Made by a program: the position numbers and the translations under genes. The notes beneath the pieces were generated by a model that ran no database searches, was not told the origin of the DNA, and saw nothing but the letters and a program-made list of their open reading frames with translations. This document shows, piece by piece, positions 1-13,262 of a DNA stretch of 64,000 nt. The first letter of the stretch is position 1, and each line of letters starts with the position of its first letter. Origin of the DNA: Paramecium tetraurelia (Eukaryota). Location of the stretch: positions 124,001 to 188,000 of the forward strand of contig CT868026.1 in the NCBI GenBank assembly GCA_000165425.1. The letters are read 5' to 3'.

Positions 1-430
1 AAAATTAAACAGCAAAAAACTTGGAACTATAAACTACTAAAATCATCTAAATTGCATAAAAATTGGAGTAAGAGATTATGATTATTTTTACTATAGAAAA
101 ATTATATGTGAATCACAATATAATTAAGAAAATAAAATAGAAAAAGCAAAGACTGCTAGAGAAATTTACGATAACTTAATAACTTAATTAAATACAGATT
201 TGAATAAAAACCAAAAAGAATACGAAAAAAATGACAAATTTAATCAGTATCCCATTTATTTTAAATATATTAGTACTTAAACATCCACTAAGAACTTTAG
301 CTCTGCGAAATATAAAGATAAACCTATTAATCTCACAAGATTGTTATCTCTCACTAAAACAAATGAAACTCCTAAAAGTCAAGCATACCTTAATGGGCTT
401 TCATTACAAATCGTGAACAAAAACAATTGA
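1..430 (+). CDS. 3' part of a hypothetical protein (5' end outside window)
   Basis: Open under code 6 with probable tiny introns (e.g. gtaagag...ctatag 68-96); ends ...IVNKNN-TGA at 428-430. Confidence 0.45.
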
Positions 431-1434
431 TTTATTTATAATAAAATATGAATTGTGTTATCTATCTTAATAATAGTAATTATAGACTAGATCATTAAAT
501 TATATAAATAGAGTAACATGCTATTTTGAGGATATATTTATTAACTCATATGTATTAGATTTGATTTTAATATCAATTCATAAAAGTTATAATATTAAAT
601 ATAAAAGTATTTTATAAAATTTCTGATTTTCAAGTCTAATTAATTAGGAGTGATTATCTATAAGTATTTAGGAAATAAGTCTTAAAGATTCAAATGTTTA
701 ACAGAATACTCAAAAACTACTAATTTTCATATATTAAATTTTAAGAAATTAATAATGATGCAATATATAATGAAATAATGTAAAAGGATTATTTAACATA
801 GTTATCGAAAAAATAGTACAGTTCTATTGATTTTAGCTACATCAACTATATAATTAGATGTGCACATCTATCACTTGAATATAATTGTCTTTTTATTAAT
901 AAAAATGGAAATTAATAAATAAGAAAAACTTGAGATTTAAAAGCATATATATTCATCTGTTCTATTCTTAATGTACTATAGATACAAAATGATTTGTAAT
1001 TACATGCACTCCAAAAAAATAAACGAAGCAGAGTAACAAAATAAGTCAATTAAATTTAGATATTTTATCAAATATTTCTAGTATGAGTACATATTTTTGA
1101 TCTCATACAATCGATCACATTTTTTTATTTACTAATTATATTTATTAGAGTAAGAAGAAGAGTTATAAGTTTTAAATATTAATTTTTATTGATTCAAAAT
1201 TATAATTATATGAACATCCTATGATTTAAGGTAATCCAAAGCATGGAATCAATTCTTATGATGGGATTATGATAATAATTATATAGATTTTGGAAAATGG
1301 ATTGATTGATATATGTTAACAGTCTTATTGCTATTTTATATTCTTCGTTATTTTTTAATGATAAGATTTCAATGATCTTTTAAATATTAATTCCCAAAAA
1401 CTATTATATTTGCACCTATTTTGTAATTAATTTT

Positions 1435-4133
1435 ATGATTGAAATTGGATCACCTTCCTGCAACACAGCTCGAAATTTTCTAATGTCTAATGTTGAAATA
1501 GTACATCCTGAATAACCTTAAGACATTTCTTCCCTCAGAGAATCAGAAAATGAATTTGAAAAGTAATTTAAATTATCATCAGTCCCTCACATTACAAAAG
1601 GCAAATTAAAAAGAAATGTTTATATATTTGTATTCTTTTATAGGAGCATACTCGAACTAAGCAATCCTTCTTTTCGTTGATTAAAATCTAATAATTGGTT
1701 AACAAATTTAAAAAAAATTTAAGGAAAAATGCCAATTTATGCACTATGTATCCGAAATCACCTTACGTAGATTATTTATTACTATCTGCTTATAAAGGGA
1801 ATTATGCAGCATAATAAAATTCTATGGTTATACGATTAAAACTGAAAATCAAATTTATTTGGGAAGTATTATTATATCTAATCAATTTATTGTTAATTTT
1901 ATTACTACCTTTTCATTTCGAAGCAAGCTAGGATGAGATTGTGAAGTTGAATTTTTGTGTATTTGGTTTAGAAATGGGGATTAAATTTGTTCAGTCATTT
2001 TATTCTGAAGGTCGACTGATACGAGGAAGATATGAAATTATTAAGCATTATCTTAAAACGAGTTTCATTGTAGATTTCATAAGGATAGCAATTCTATTAT
2101 CAACAATCTTAGAGATTCCTAATAGAGTAGAAGTAGAAATCATAAAAGATATAATCTTATACTCTATATGTTTATTTAAGTTGCATTTGAAATTTATATG
2201 TACAAATTACTATATAGTTAAATTTGGAGAGTTAATATTTTTAGTATTATTTGTTTGTCACTTTTTCACATAATAATTGTTTTATTGGGAGGAAACCGAT
2301 TACATATATAGATTTGGTATGAGTTTGGATATCTTTTTGAGTAATTCCCTAATATAATTTCGATAAGAAGAACTATATCAATTGTTAAACATATTCTTTG
2401 AGATAGTATCATTGATAGTTAAAATTTACATATTATAGTAAATAATGAGTTATTGTTTGATTAACTAAGAGATTATGAAGAAGAAAAAGGACTTGTTTGA
2501 TTTACATGGACATTTAAAATACTTGAATGTGTCAAATTTGATTTCTAATCGAGTGATATCTTATTATAAGACCATAATGAAATAGGATGAGAAAATTAAG
2601 ACACAGGATTTTCACCTCTTCTTCAATGAAAAATTGAAACCAAATTTAGCTAAAGAACTGAAATTGTAAATACAAGGGAATTTCCTTAAGAATTTTAAGG
2701 TGTTCAATAAATTCACTGTTTAAACAAAAAAAAATTTAATTTGTAATATGGAGGAAGTAGATTTCAGTCCAAATCAAAAGATTTATTGCAAAGAGGAATA
2801 AGACGATTAATCCATCTTCTTTATTACCTAAGGTAAAGTGATGATAATGTATGGAAATAGTGAATTATAGATATATCATGAGAATTCTTCATTCGGTGAG
2901 ATTAGTTTTTTCACTGGTTTACCAAGAGGATTTACAGCAATTAGTTTAGGATATTCAAGATTGTATAAAATACAAAGACTTGCCTATTTGAATACTGTTA
3001 GTAGTATTAATCAAGATTTGGTAAATAATCTCATAAATTTAGAGGAAACAGCCTAGATGATCAAAGACTAAATTGTTTTTTAAGAAAAATTCAACATAAT
3101 TGGAAGGAAATGCATGTGTTGTTAAGATCAAAATCATTTGATTTAAAATTGTCCTTTCCTTCATTATAAGCCTAACAAAGATATAATTTTGAGTAAATTT
3201 ATTTTCCCTGTAAAGATGCGTAGAAACAAATGTAAATGAGTTTATTAATTAAATAATAGATGAGAGGAGAAGACTTCGTTATTAGAATGTGTTAATCAAT
3301 TAGTTCTTCAACCATATGAGAGCGTAAGAGTATTAAGAGAACAACGATTTAATTAATATAGAAGACTAGTCTGAAAATTATTTAGTTGATCCTTAGTCCT
3401 CCTCCTTCTCAGGTGAGTTTAAGATGAAAAATTCATCATTGTCTCCAGATCCAATAATTGCTATTTCAATGAGTCATAAGAAAGCCACTCTTGATTCAGA
3501 AGAACATTTTAGAAAGAACAAGTAAGCATTCATCCATCCGATTCCTGAATACAGCGATGAGATACAATCATTGGCTTCTTCTGATATCTAAGCACCTTAA
3601 TTTATGGATAATAAGTCAGAAGAACCTCAAATAAGGATCATCTAAAAGTAAGTAAAACCAAAAGGAGATTTATTAAAATCCCAAGGAAGTCAATTAAGCC
3701 GATCAATTTCTTAATAAATATTTTAGCAAAGATCGAGATCGCAATCTTAGAATGTTTTAGACATTTCTCAAAATCAAAATAATTAAATAAATAAAAAGTA
3801 AATACTTCGATCACTCTCGTAATTGAGTTATGATGATAAGACGTTTCATAAATAGAAATCTAAAAGAACAAGCACATCGTAGTAGAATGTTCAATCTTTG
3901 ATCTAACTATTTTAGAATGATTTGGTATAGATATTATTAATAATTAGAATCCAATTTTGATGGATTTCATTTAGATAGATTTGGACAGGGGATGCAATTT
4001 CAGAACTTATTTGCCTTAAAATAATATGAAAGTAGTGTTAAGATAGAATAAGTATGTGACTGCGTAAAAGAGAAGCAAATACACCTTAAATTATGAAATT
4101 AGTAAGAAACTAAAAAAATTAACTAGATTATGA
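1435..4133 (+). CDS. Cyclic-nucleotide-binding-domain ion-channel-like protein (EAG/CNG-like, ciliate-expanded type) with degenerate pore
   Basis: MIEIGSPS start; hydrophobic TM segments ~1850-2450; C-linker; CNBD EEVDFSP...IFFITQGKV...SFGEISFFTGLPRGFTAIS; then CMCCQDQNHLIQNCP; small introns; ends KKLTRL-TGA. Confidence 0.8.
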
Positions 4134-4183
4134 GATAGTTTTATAGAATTAATTAACTTAAAATTTTGATATATTTAATATTT

Positions 4184-5412
4184 ATGTATAATAATCATTT
4201 TGAACTAGTTGGTGATGATCTATTTGTAAACTTTTTGATGGATTAGCCACAGTAATATATAAATCTAATATCAAGCAACAATTTTCCTCATGTTAATAGC
4301 AATTCCAATATTCATTATCCATTCTGGGATAATGAAGGTCAACCCTAACAAGAATTATTATTAGCCAATTAACTTCCACCCCAGAATCTTAGTAAAAAAT
4401 AATAGAAAAAAAAGAAAATGGATGAAACTATGTTCAATAACAAAAACAACCTAAAGAACACTTATATAAATAAGATTACTAATTTAATACAAGAGACCAA
4501 ATCAACCGTCACTCCAAAATATGAAAGAAAAGCTTCTATTTACACTGAAGATTCAGCTTAAGCAAAACTCATTCGCAATAGAGAATGTGCTAGGAACTCT
4601 AGAAAGAGAAAGAAGATCTATATTGAATTATTAGAGACTAGGGTTAACACTTTAAACGAAGAACTTGAAAAGTGCAAGAGAATCATTAAAGGACAAACAA
4701 GTTGCTAGCAGCAATTAGGCTCAAATCACTTGGTATAACAACTCAATTTACTTAGTTATAAAACTTTTTTTTGGGCAGATAACAATTGTTTGAAAAACTA
4801 GAAAATGCTCTCAAAAATCAAACAGACAATAATGAAATCAATCTTCTCTTAGATTCTATGAGATTTAGAGTTGGAGGAGGAGGAAAAGAAAGAGTCAATG
4901 CTTCCAACTATTTCTTTCAATAAATCATGGAAATCTGTTTCCCCATACATGTTAGATATATGTTGTGGGCAGCAACTTCTGAAAACTAAGAACCTACTTG
5001 GCTTACTAATTTATCTAAAGAAATCAATCTCACTGAAGCATAAAACAAATCATTAAAAAAACAATATAAGCGAATTCAAACAGACAAAGATAAACTTGAA
5101 TAGTATATTAAATATTTATCCCTAGATTAATTAAATAATTCTAAACTGTTAAGGATAATTTGTATTCGAAAACCCATCAGTTAGAGAATTTCATAGATGA
5201 ACTTAGGAGCATTCTATCTCCGACTCAAATCGGTACTTTTCTCATTGGTCTTGAAAAAGTATCTCACTTTAATTAGTTTATAATAGAACAAATTTTAAAA
5301 AGAACTGAGTATATCTAATCTCTGGAAAATATTCGATGAAGAGTTCGAAACTGAAGTCAAAGAAGAAGACTCACTTCAGCAGGATTCTTAATAAAAAAAA
5401 GTACATTTATGA
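4184..5412 (+). CDS. bZIP transcription factor
   Basis: EDSAQAKLIRNRECARNSRKRKKIYIELLETRVNTLNEELEK basic region plus leucine zipper at ~4550-4680; several tiny introns; TGA at 5410-5412. Confidence 0.85.
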
Positions 5413-5454
5413 TCTAATCCTAACTTAAATCATTTTATACATATATTATTTATT

Positions 5455-5960
5455 ATGTCAACTGTTTTACCTATTTTAATACCAAAGAGCAAGAACATTT
5501 TATTACTGAAAGATGATATTGGAAAACCAAAACCAAGTACTCGAAATCTTCCAGGCAATAATTTTGCATATGGAAAACAAAGCAAAAGAGATCCTATCTA
5601 AATTTAATTTGCTAATTTAGAATGTGAAAATCAAATTAATTCATCCTTGAGAAGAAATCATAGAATCTAGAGATCAGATATTACCTTAATGACTCATGGG
5701 ATCAAATATAAGTATATATGTCCATCTATAACAATAGACCATAAACTCCTTTTGATAAAATTTTAAAATAATAATATGCTTCAGAAGCAAAAGAACTATT
5801 AGATAAAATCTATCAATAAAGAATAAATTCAGAACCAAAAAAATAATATATCAATAATCGATCATTTTCATTAAGATAATAATATAATACAAAAAAACAT
5901 TAGAAAATAATAGCGAAGCCTTAGAAGAATCAAGAAATCAAATTTAAAATATGTTTATGA
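5455..5960 (+). CDS. CFAP77: CFAP77-like (DUF4483-type) ciliary protein
   Basis: LLLKDDIGKPKPSTRNLPGNNFAYGK and GIKYKPQTP (across intron 5712-5737) resemble CFAP77 motifs; recognised from memory, not searched. Confidence 0.65.
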
Positions 5961-7800
5961 GGACATAATTTATACTCTTAATTATGAAACGCATTTATGA
6001 GATCAAAAAATTTTTAATCAAGCGTAATTAAATTACACCTGATTATCTTCATTTCATTTTTATTTTACTGTTTCATAAAGAATCATTTCATTTTTATCAT
6101 ATTTTAGTGATATATAATTTATCTAATCTCACAATCGTTATTTTTCCTTTAAAATTCAATTAATGACCAATCATTTCTGTAAGCCCTACTATTTCATCAT
6201 CTTACGAATAAATAATTTAATAGAGCTAAATTATATTATGTATTGTTCAATCTTAACATATATTTTTGTTATAGTATTATTAATATTTGTTGGTTAAAAT
6301 ATATATCTAAAGGTTTTCATTATTCTATTTGCCAAGTGAGACTTCAATTTTTGTATTTTACCATTGATAAGCGATTCATAAGGACAAACACTCCTATATA
6401 CACAACGACAACCAAAAATTCGATATATATATTCTTATCAAATAATATCAATAATTTTAGAAGATAGAATGTTTTTTGTATTTTTATTTCATAATATTAT
6501 TATTATTTTTAAATAATAATTGAATAATTTAATTTCAATTGATTATCCTTATTGACACATGAATTCTTATGGTTCTTGCTTAACATCCATCTATAAAATA
6601 AAATTGAAATAATCAATATTAATAATTATTTACATCTTTACTTACTTATGATTAAATGAATAAAAATAATGAAATTATTGGTAATGTAATTTAAAATATG
6701 TAGCCATAAAATTAAAATAATGGAAATTATAAAAGCTATAATATTATAGCACTTAAGCATACAGAAGATTATACTTGAAATAAAGATTATTAGTTCTACT
6801 AAAATCAAATAGTCTAAAGTGTGGTAAAGGCTACTTGAATTTAGATATAACTTTATAGTTGTTGCAGATACGGCATTAGATTAATGTTACAGATCTCCAC
6901 AACATAAAATATTTAAATTCAAAGAGAAATTAAATCAATTCGTAATTAAATATCTCTTAATGGGATCAAAGATATGAATAAAATTACTTATGAAATCTTA
7001 TAATAAAAATTATCTAGATAGTAAAAGCTGGAGAAAGAGAAACAAAATTGAATTCATCCATACTGTAAATATATAAGTTCGAGAAATAATTTAGTTCATT
7101 CAAACCAAAAATTTGATCAAAATAAAAAATATGATATCATTTGCTACTAATCATAGCATAAAGGGTTGTTGAGTCAATTTTAAAATGACCTTCTAAGATT
7201 ATTTCATATGAACACTTTTATTAATAGGGAGATAAATGTTTATATAGATAATGCCAGTACACTAATAGATGTATGATTAATAATTTGTTTAGAAAAGTAG
7301 AATAATTTAAGATGCTGTTAAATTTTGATTTGCTAAGAATTATCGCGGATATCAAAATATATATCTTAGAAAGTGTGTAACCATTCTAATATTGCAACTT
7401 AGTTTAAGATAATACTATTTCCATGATTGTATATTATTTATTAATTAAATTATTGTATAAAATTAGAAGTGTTCCCTTTTATTTCAAGAGTGTTGCAAAG
7501 ATGTACGAATATACAATAAAATGAGTTGAAAGAAATGTTTATTGAATAGGATAATTAATTCATAGGGACATGTATTTACATAGTTTGAATAATTCCTACA
7601 TCGATTAAGAGATAAAGTAATAGATTAGTATATTCATAATTAATTGACTTTATTGTTTCTAATGAGATATTGAAAATGTTCTTACAAAGTTATTAATGAT
7701 TTTCTAGAATAATAATTTAAACAACAAATATTATATACTATTTTGAAGCCAAAGCAGAAACTAATTATTTATTTACATTAATAAAAATCACTTAAAATAA

Positions 7801-8346
7801 ATGTCAAAGGAAGTTAGCGAATTGGTTATTACAAGGCTAAAAGCAGAGCGTAGAGCGTGGCGAACTGATCATCCACATGGATTTGTTGCCAAACCTATCA
7901 CTAAAGAGGACGGAACAGTTGATTTGCTTAAATGGGTATGTGAAATACCAGGACCACAAGGAGTATAATCCTCTTTAGAATTAGTGTCCTTGGGAAGAGG
8001 GTACCTACACTTTGCACATGGACTTTTCGCATGATTATCCTATGAAACCACCCAAATGTTAATTCAAACCTGTCTTGCCACATCCAAATGTCTACCCTTC
8101 TGGAACTGTTTGTCTATCAATTCTCAACGAAGAGGAAGACTGGAAATCTAGTATAACAGTGAAACAAATCTTACTTGGCATTCAGAAACTATTAAAAGAT
8201 GAACCCAACATTGAAAGTCCTGCTCAATATGAACCATGCAATTAGTACAAGTAAATCTACTTTTTTTGATCTTAAGAAACAACCGTCAAGAATACTTGAA
8301 GAAAGCAAGAGAATTTGCTGCCTCACTCAAGAAGCAACCATAATGA
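7801..8346 (+). CDS. UBC9: SUMO-conjugating E2 enzyme Ubc9
   Basis: [47 protein letters not shown]; introns 7963-7984 and ~8251-8276; TGA at 8344-8346. Confidence 0.95.
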
Positions 8347-8504
8347 TCAGTCAATATCTATATCAATTATTAAGTTTTAATTACACCGTTCTAACCTAAT
8401 TATTAATTCCCCCATAATTAATTATTAATATTTATTGGCGTATCATTTTTTCAGTTTACACAATTATATTACTTATTCTTCTCTTATTATTTATTAATTA
8501 CTTT

Positions 8505-8909
8505 ATGGGCTGTATCATAGACGTGAACAAGACAGATCTTTCTCATGAACTTGATCAAGTTTCTTAAGAAATTGAGCAGCCATTGAACACAATTAACAGC
8601 TCGATCGAAAAACATGCAATGGAATTTACCTTAAAGTCTCATCCTGATGATTCTGCCTTATTTCTTCAAAAATAGGCATCTACTTATCCCTTAGCAAGTA
8701 ATTATTCAAGCAACTCCAATACTAACTCGATTAAATCATGTTTAAAATCATCCTCAAGGAGGTAATTATTTGAAAACGAATATCGTCGTAAATCTGTTCA
8801 TTTCGATTAAATTATCAAAGTAGTAACTAGAAATAAAGTGTTTTATTTAAGAAGAATAAGAAGATCAAAAACCAAGAAAACTAAAATAGACCTTGATGAA
8901 ATCTTTTGA
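8505..8909 (+). CDS. Small hypothetical protein (134 aa) with N-terminal MGC acylation motif and KSVHF motif
   Basis: Uninterrupted code-6 ORF: MGCIIDVNK...IKSCLKSS...RRKSVHFDQ...DEIF-TGA. Confidence 0.7.
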
Positions 8910-9060
8910 AATGCTCATTAGGATTTTAATTAAAGTCATAAAATAATTTGATTTATAATATTTTATTTCATATCGAAATGATCTATGTCAATCCCTCTTA
9001 CAAAACAGAAAATAACAAATAATAATGTCCCAAATTAAAGAGTTATATATTTATATTTTT

Positions 9061-10154
9061 ATGAATCATTAAAATTAATACATGCTTACAATACTTCATT
9101 TTAATTGTCAAATCTCTTCAGTCTAGCATATATTTACACTCTATGATGAATCAATTGAAATTAAAGGCCCATAATTTCTTATGGAAATAGATATAAACTA
9201 TAAGATGAAAATAAGATGGGATATTACTGACAAAAGAATATTGTCTCTTCAAATTAAAGACTTACTTATCCAAGCTAATCAGGATGATCTTTTATAGTTA
9301 AAACAGCAACTTGATGGAAGAGTAATATATTTAGGAATATAAAATATTTATGAAACAATGGAATTAGTTTCAGCAAAGGAGAATAGCAAAGTAGTATTTT
9401 TAAATATATAAAGGTATGTTAACTTGAAGATAGATTGACAAAAACTTGCGTTTGTTGCAAGGCACTACGTAAAGATGCCTACGACATAGAACAATTACAT
9501 CAATCAATAAGGATTTTATATAAACTATAGCAATATTCATATTTTCCTAGAATTTATGAAATATATGAATCAAAGACTCATTTATATATAGTTTAGGAAT
9601 TGATGTTTTAACATTTAAGTGTAGATCTAATGCATGAAGAAATTTAAATAATTATATATGTATATATTTATGAGATAAACTAAGGAATTATTAAAGATAG
9701 TTAAAATATTGATTGAGAATAAAATATATTACTAAAAGATCAAGTTATCAAATTTAATGTTGGACAAGAAAGGTAACTTAAGATTGGTTGGATTTTGTCC
9801 TGCTTAACAAATTAATGAAATAGATGTTGAAAATTACTTAGATAACGTTGGAAATATAATGATGAATTTGTATGAGTAACTTTACAAATTGTTAGGTATG
9901 GCGTCAATGATAACTTTAATTCACTTCCTAAAATTGCTGATAATGGAAATGAATTCATTGTAGGATTGATGAATCCTAATCGTGATTATAGATTTAGCTT
10001 TGAAGATGCAATGCAGCATGAATATATTCAAAATATCTTTTGTGAACCCAATTTAATAATAAAGAAATCACCCAATCCAAAGTTAATTACGGATGTCGCC
10101 GAATCTTCAAGCTCATACACTAAGAAGAGTACTAGTTATTAAAAATAATATTGA
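9061..10154 (+). CDS. PH-like domain + protein-kinase-fold pseudokinase (copy 1)
   Basis: FPRIYEIYESKTHLYIVQE, YQKIKLSNLMLDKKGNLRLVGF, RFSFEDAMQHEYI; no Gly loop, HRD or DFG; three tiny introns. Confidence 0.75.
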
Positions 10155-10220
10155 TTTATTTATTAACTTTCTTTAAGACAAAATAATATTAACTACTTTT
10201 TTATAGCTCTGCAAAATTTA

Positions 10221-11263
10221 ATGGAAAATAAATTAAAGTTATAAATCATGGATTACAATCTTTACTTGGAGGGCATTTTCAACAAATAGCCCTCCTTTGT
10301 TATTTGTGATTAGCATAATCTCAAAGTGAAGACCAAAAATGAGTATTTTAAGTTTGAAATTTCACTGAATCTTCATCTCTAATGGATATATGTCGAAGGA
10401 TAAATTAATGAAGTTAGATTTGAGAATCATTCTCTTAAGGGACCAATAGAAAACCTGGAAAAATTGAAAAACTGCTTGGATTGTCGAGTTATTTATTTAG
10501 GTGCAGCCTAGTTATATGAATAGTATCTCATAGTCAAAGAAGACGAATTCAAAAAGGTGATTATTGATATTGATATTTTAGACTATGGTTGTTAAATCAA
10601 AGACAAAAGGGGGATTGTACTTTTGTAAGGCATACAAAAAGGAAATTCGAGAAAATGAACATAAATTTTTGAAAGAACTTAAAATCTTGAGAATGCTCAA
10701 AGAGAACAAGAATGTTGTTAGAGTCCTAGAAGTATTTGAATCAAAACATAATTATTACATGATTATGGAATACATGATACGCAATCTTGAATAAGATTAT
10801 ACGCACGAAGAAAATTAAATTATAATAAAAGTATAAAAATATTAATTCTTAGGAAATATTAAATATTTTAGAAGATCTGAATCAAAAATCCATTATTCAT
10901 GGTTAAATCAGGCCAAAAAATTTTATGTTCAATAAAGATAATGTGATGAAATTGATTGGATTTAGCAAAACTAAAATAATCCAAGAAGAAGTCTAGGGAG
11001 AAGATATATATGATTTACATAGAATACTTCTGCATTTGAATGGCCTCAGTCAAAATGTATTAGATTATGAAAATGGATATTATCCGCATATTCCATCTCA
11101 CGGAACCAACTTCCTGAAAAGTCTATTGAATCCCTCTAAATATCGAATTAACATCAAGTAGGCACTTACTCATCCTTTTTTGAATTGTAATGAGAATGAT
11201 CATCAGATTGCAAGAAAAGAAATGAACCTGAAGTTCAAACACAGTTTTAATAGTTTTTAATGA
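10221..11263 (+). CDS. PH-like domain + protein-kinase-fold pseudokinase (copy 2)
   Basis: YFCKAYKK, ELKILRML, NVVRVLEVFESKHNYYMIMEY, IIHGQIRPKNFMF...KLIGF, ALTHPFL; exon layout similar to the upstream copy. Confidence 0.8.
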
Positions 11264-11290
11264 GTTGTTTTTATATATAATTAATTGAGG

Positions 11291-11611
11291 ATGTATAAGA
11301 GAATTACTGCAAATCTCCGAAGTAAAGAAGAAGATGAAGACTTTTTCGAGTGGAATCAGATGTATGTGCAATAAGAGATGGAGAGTGATGTCGAATGCTA
11401 TAGTTGTTCTCTTTGTGATCGTCAATTTGGTAAAAATGAATATGAGTTGAATGCTCACTTAAATTCTCATGATCATAAGAAGTTAGAGAAAGAATTTAGA
11501 AAACGCTATAATGATATGATTATCGAATATCGACTAAGCACTTATTCTTAAAAAATGGGAAGGAAATTGAAAAAACTATAGTATTTTAAGTGCATTTATG
11601 AATACAAATGA
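11291..11611 (+). CDS. Small single C2H2 (U1/matrin-like) zinc-finger protein
   Basis: YSCSLCDRQFGKNEYELNAHLNSHDHKK in a 106-aa code-6 ORF. Confidence 0.75.
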
Positions 11612-11622
11612 TTAATTAAAAT

Positions 11623-13221
<1,599 letters not shown>

Positions 13222-13262
13222 ATGATTTATAAATTTAATGAACATAAACAATAAACAATTAT

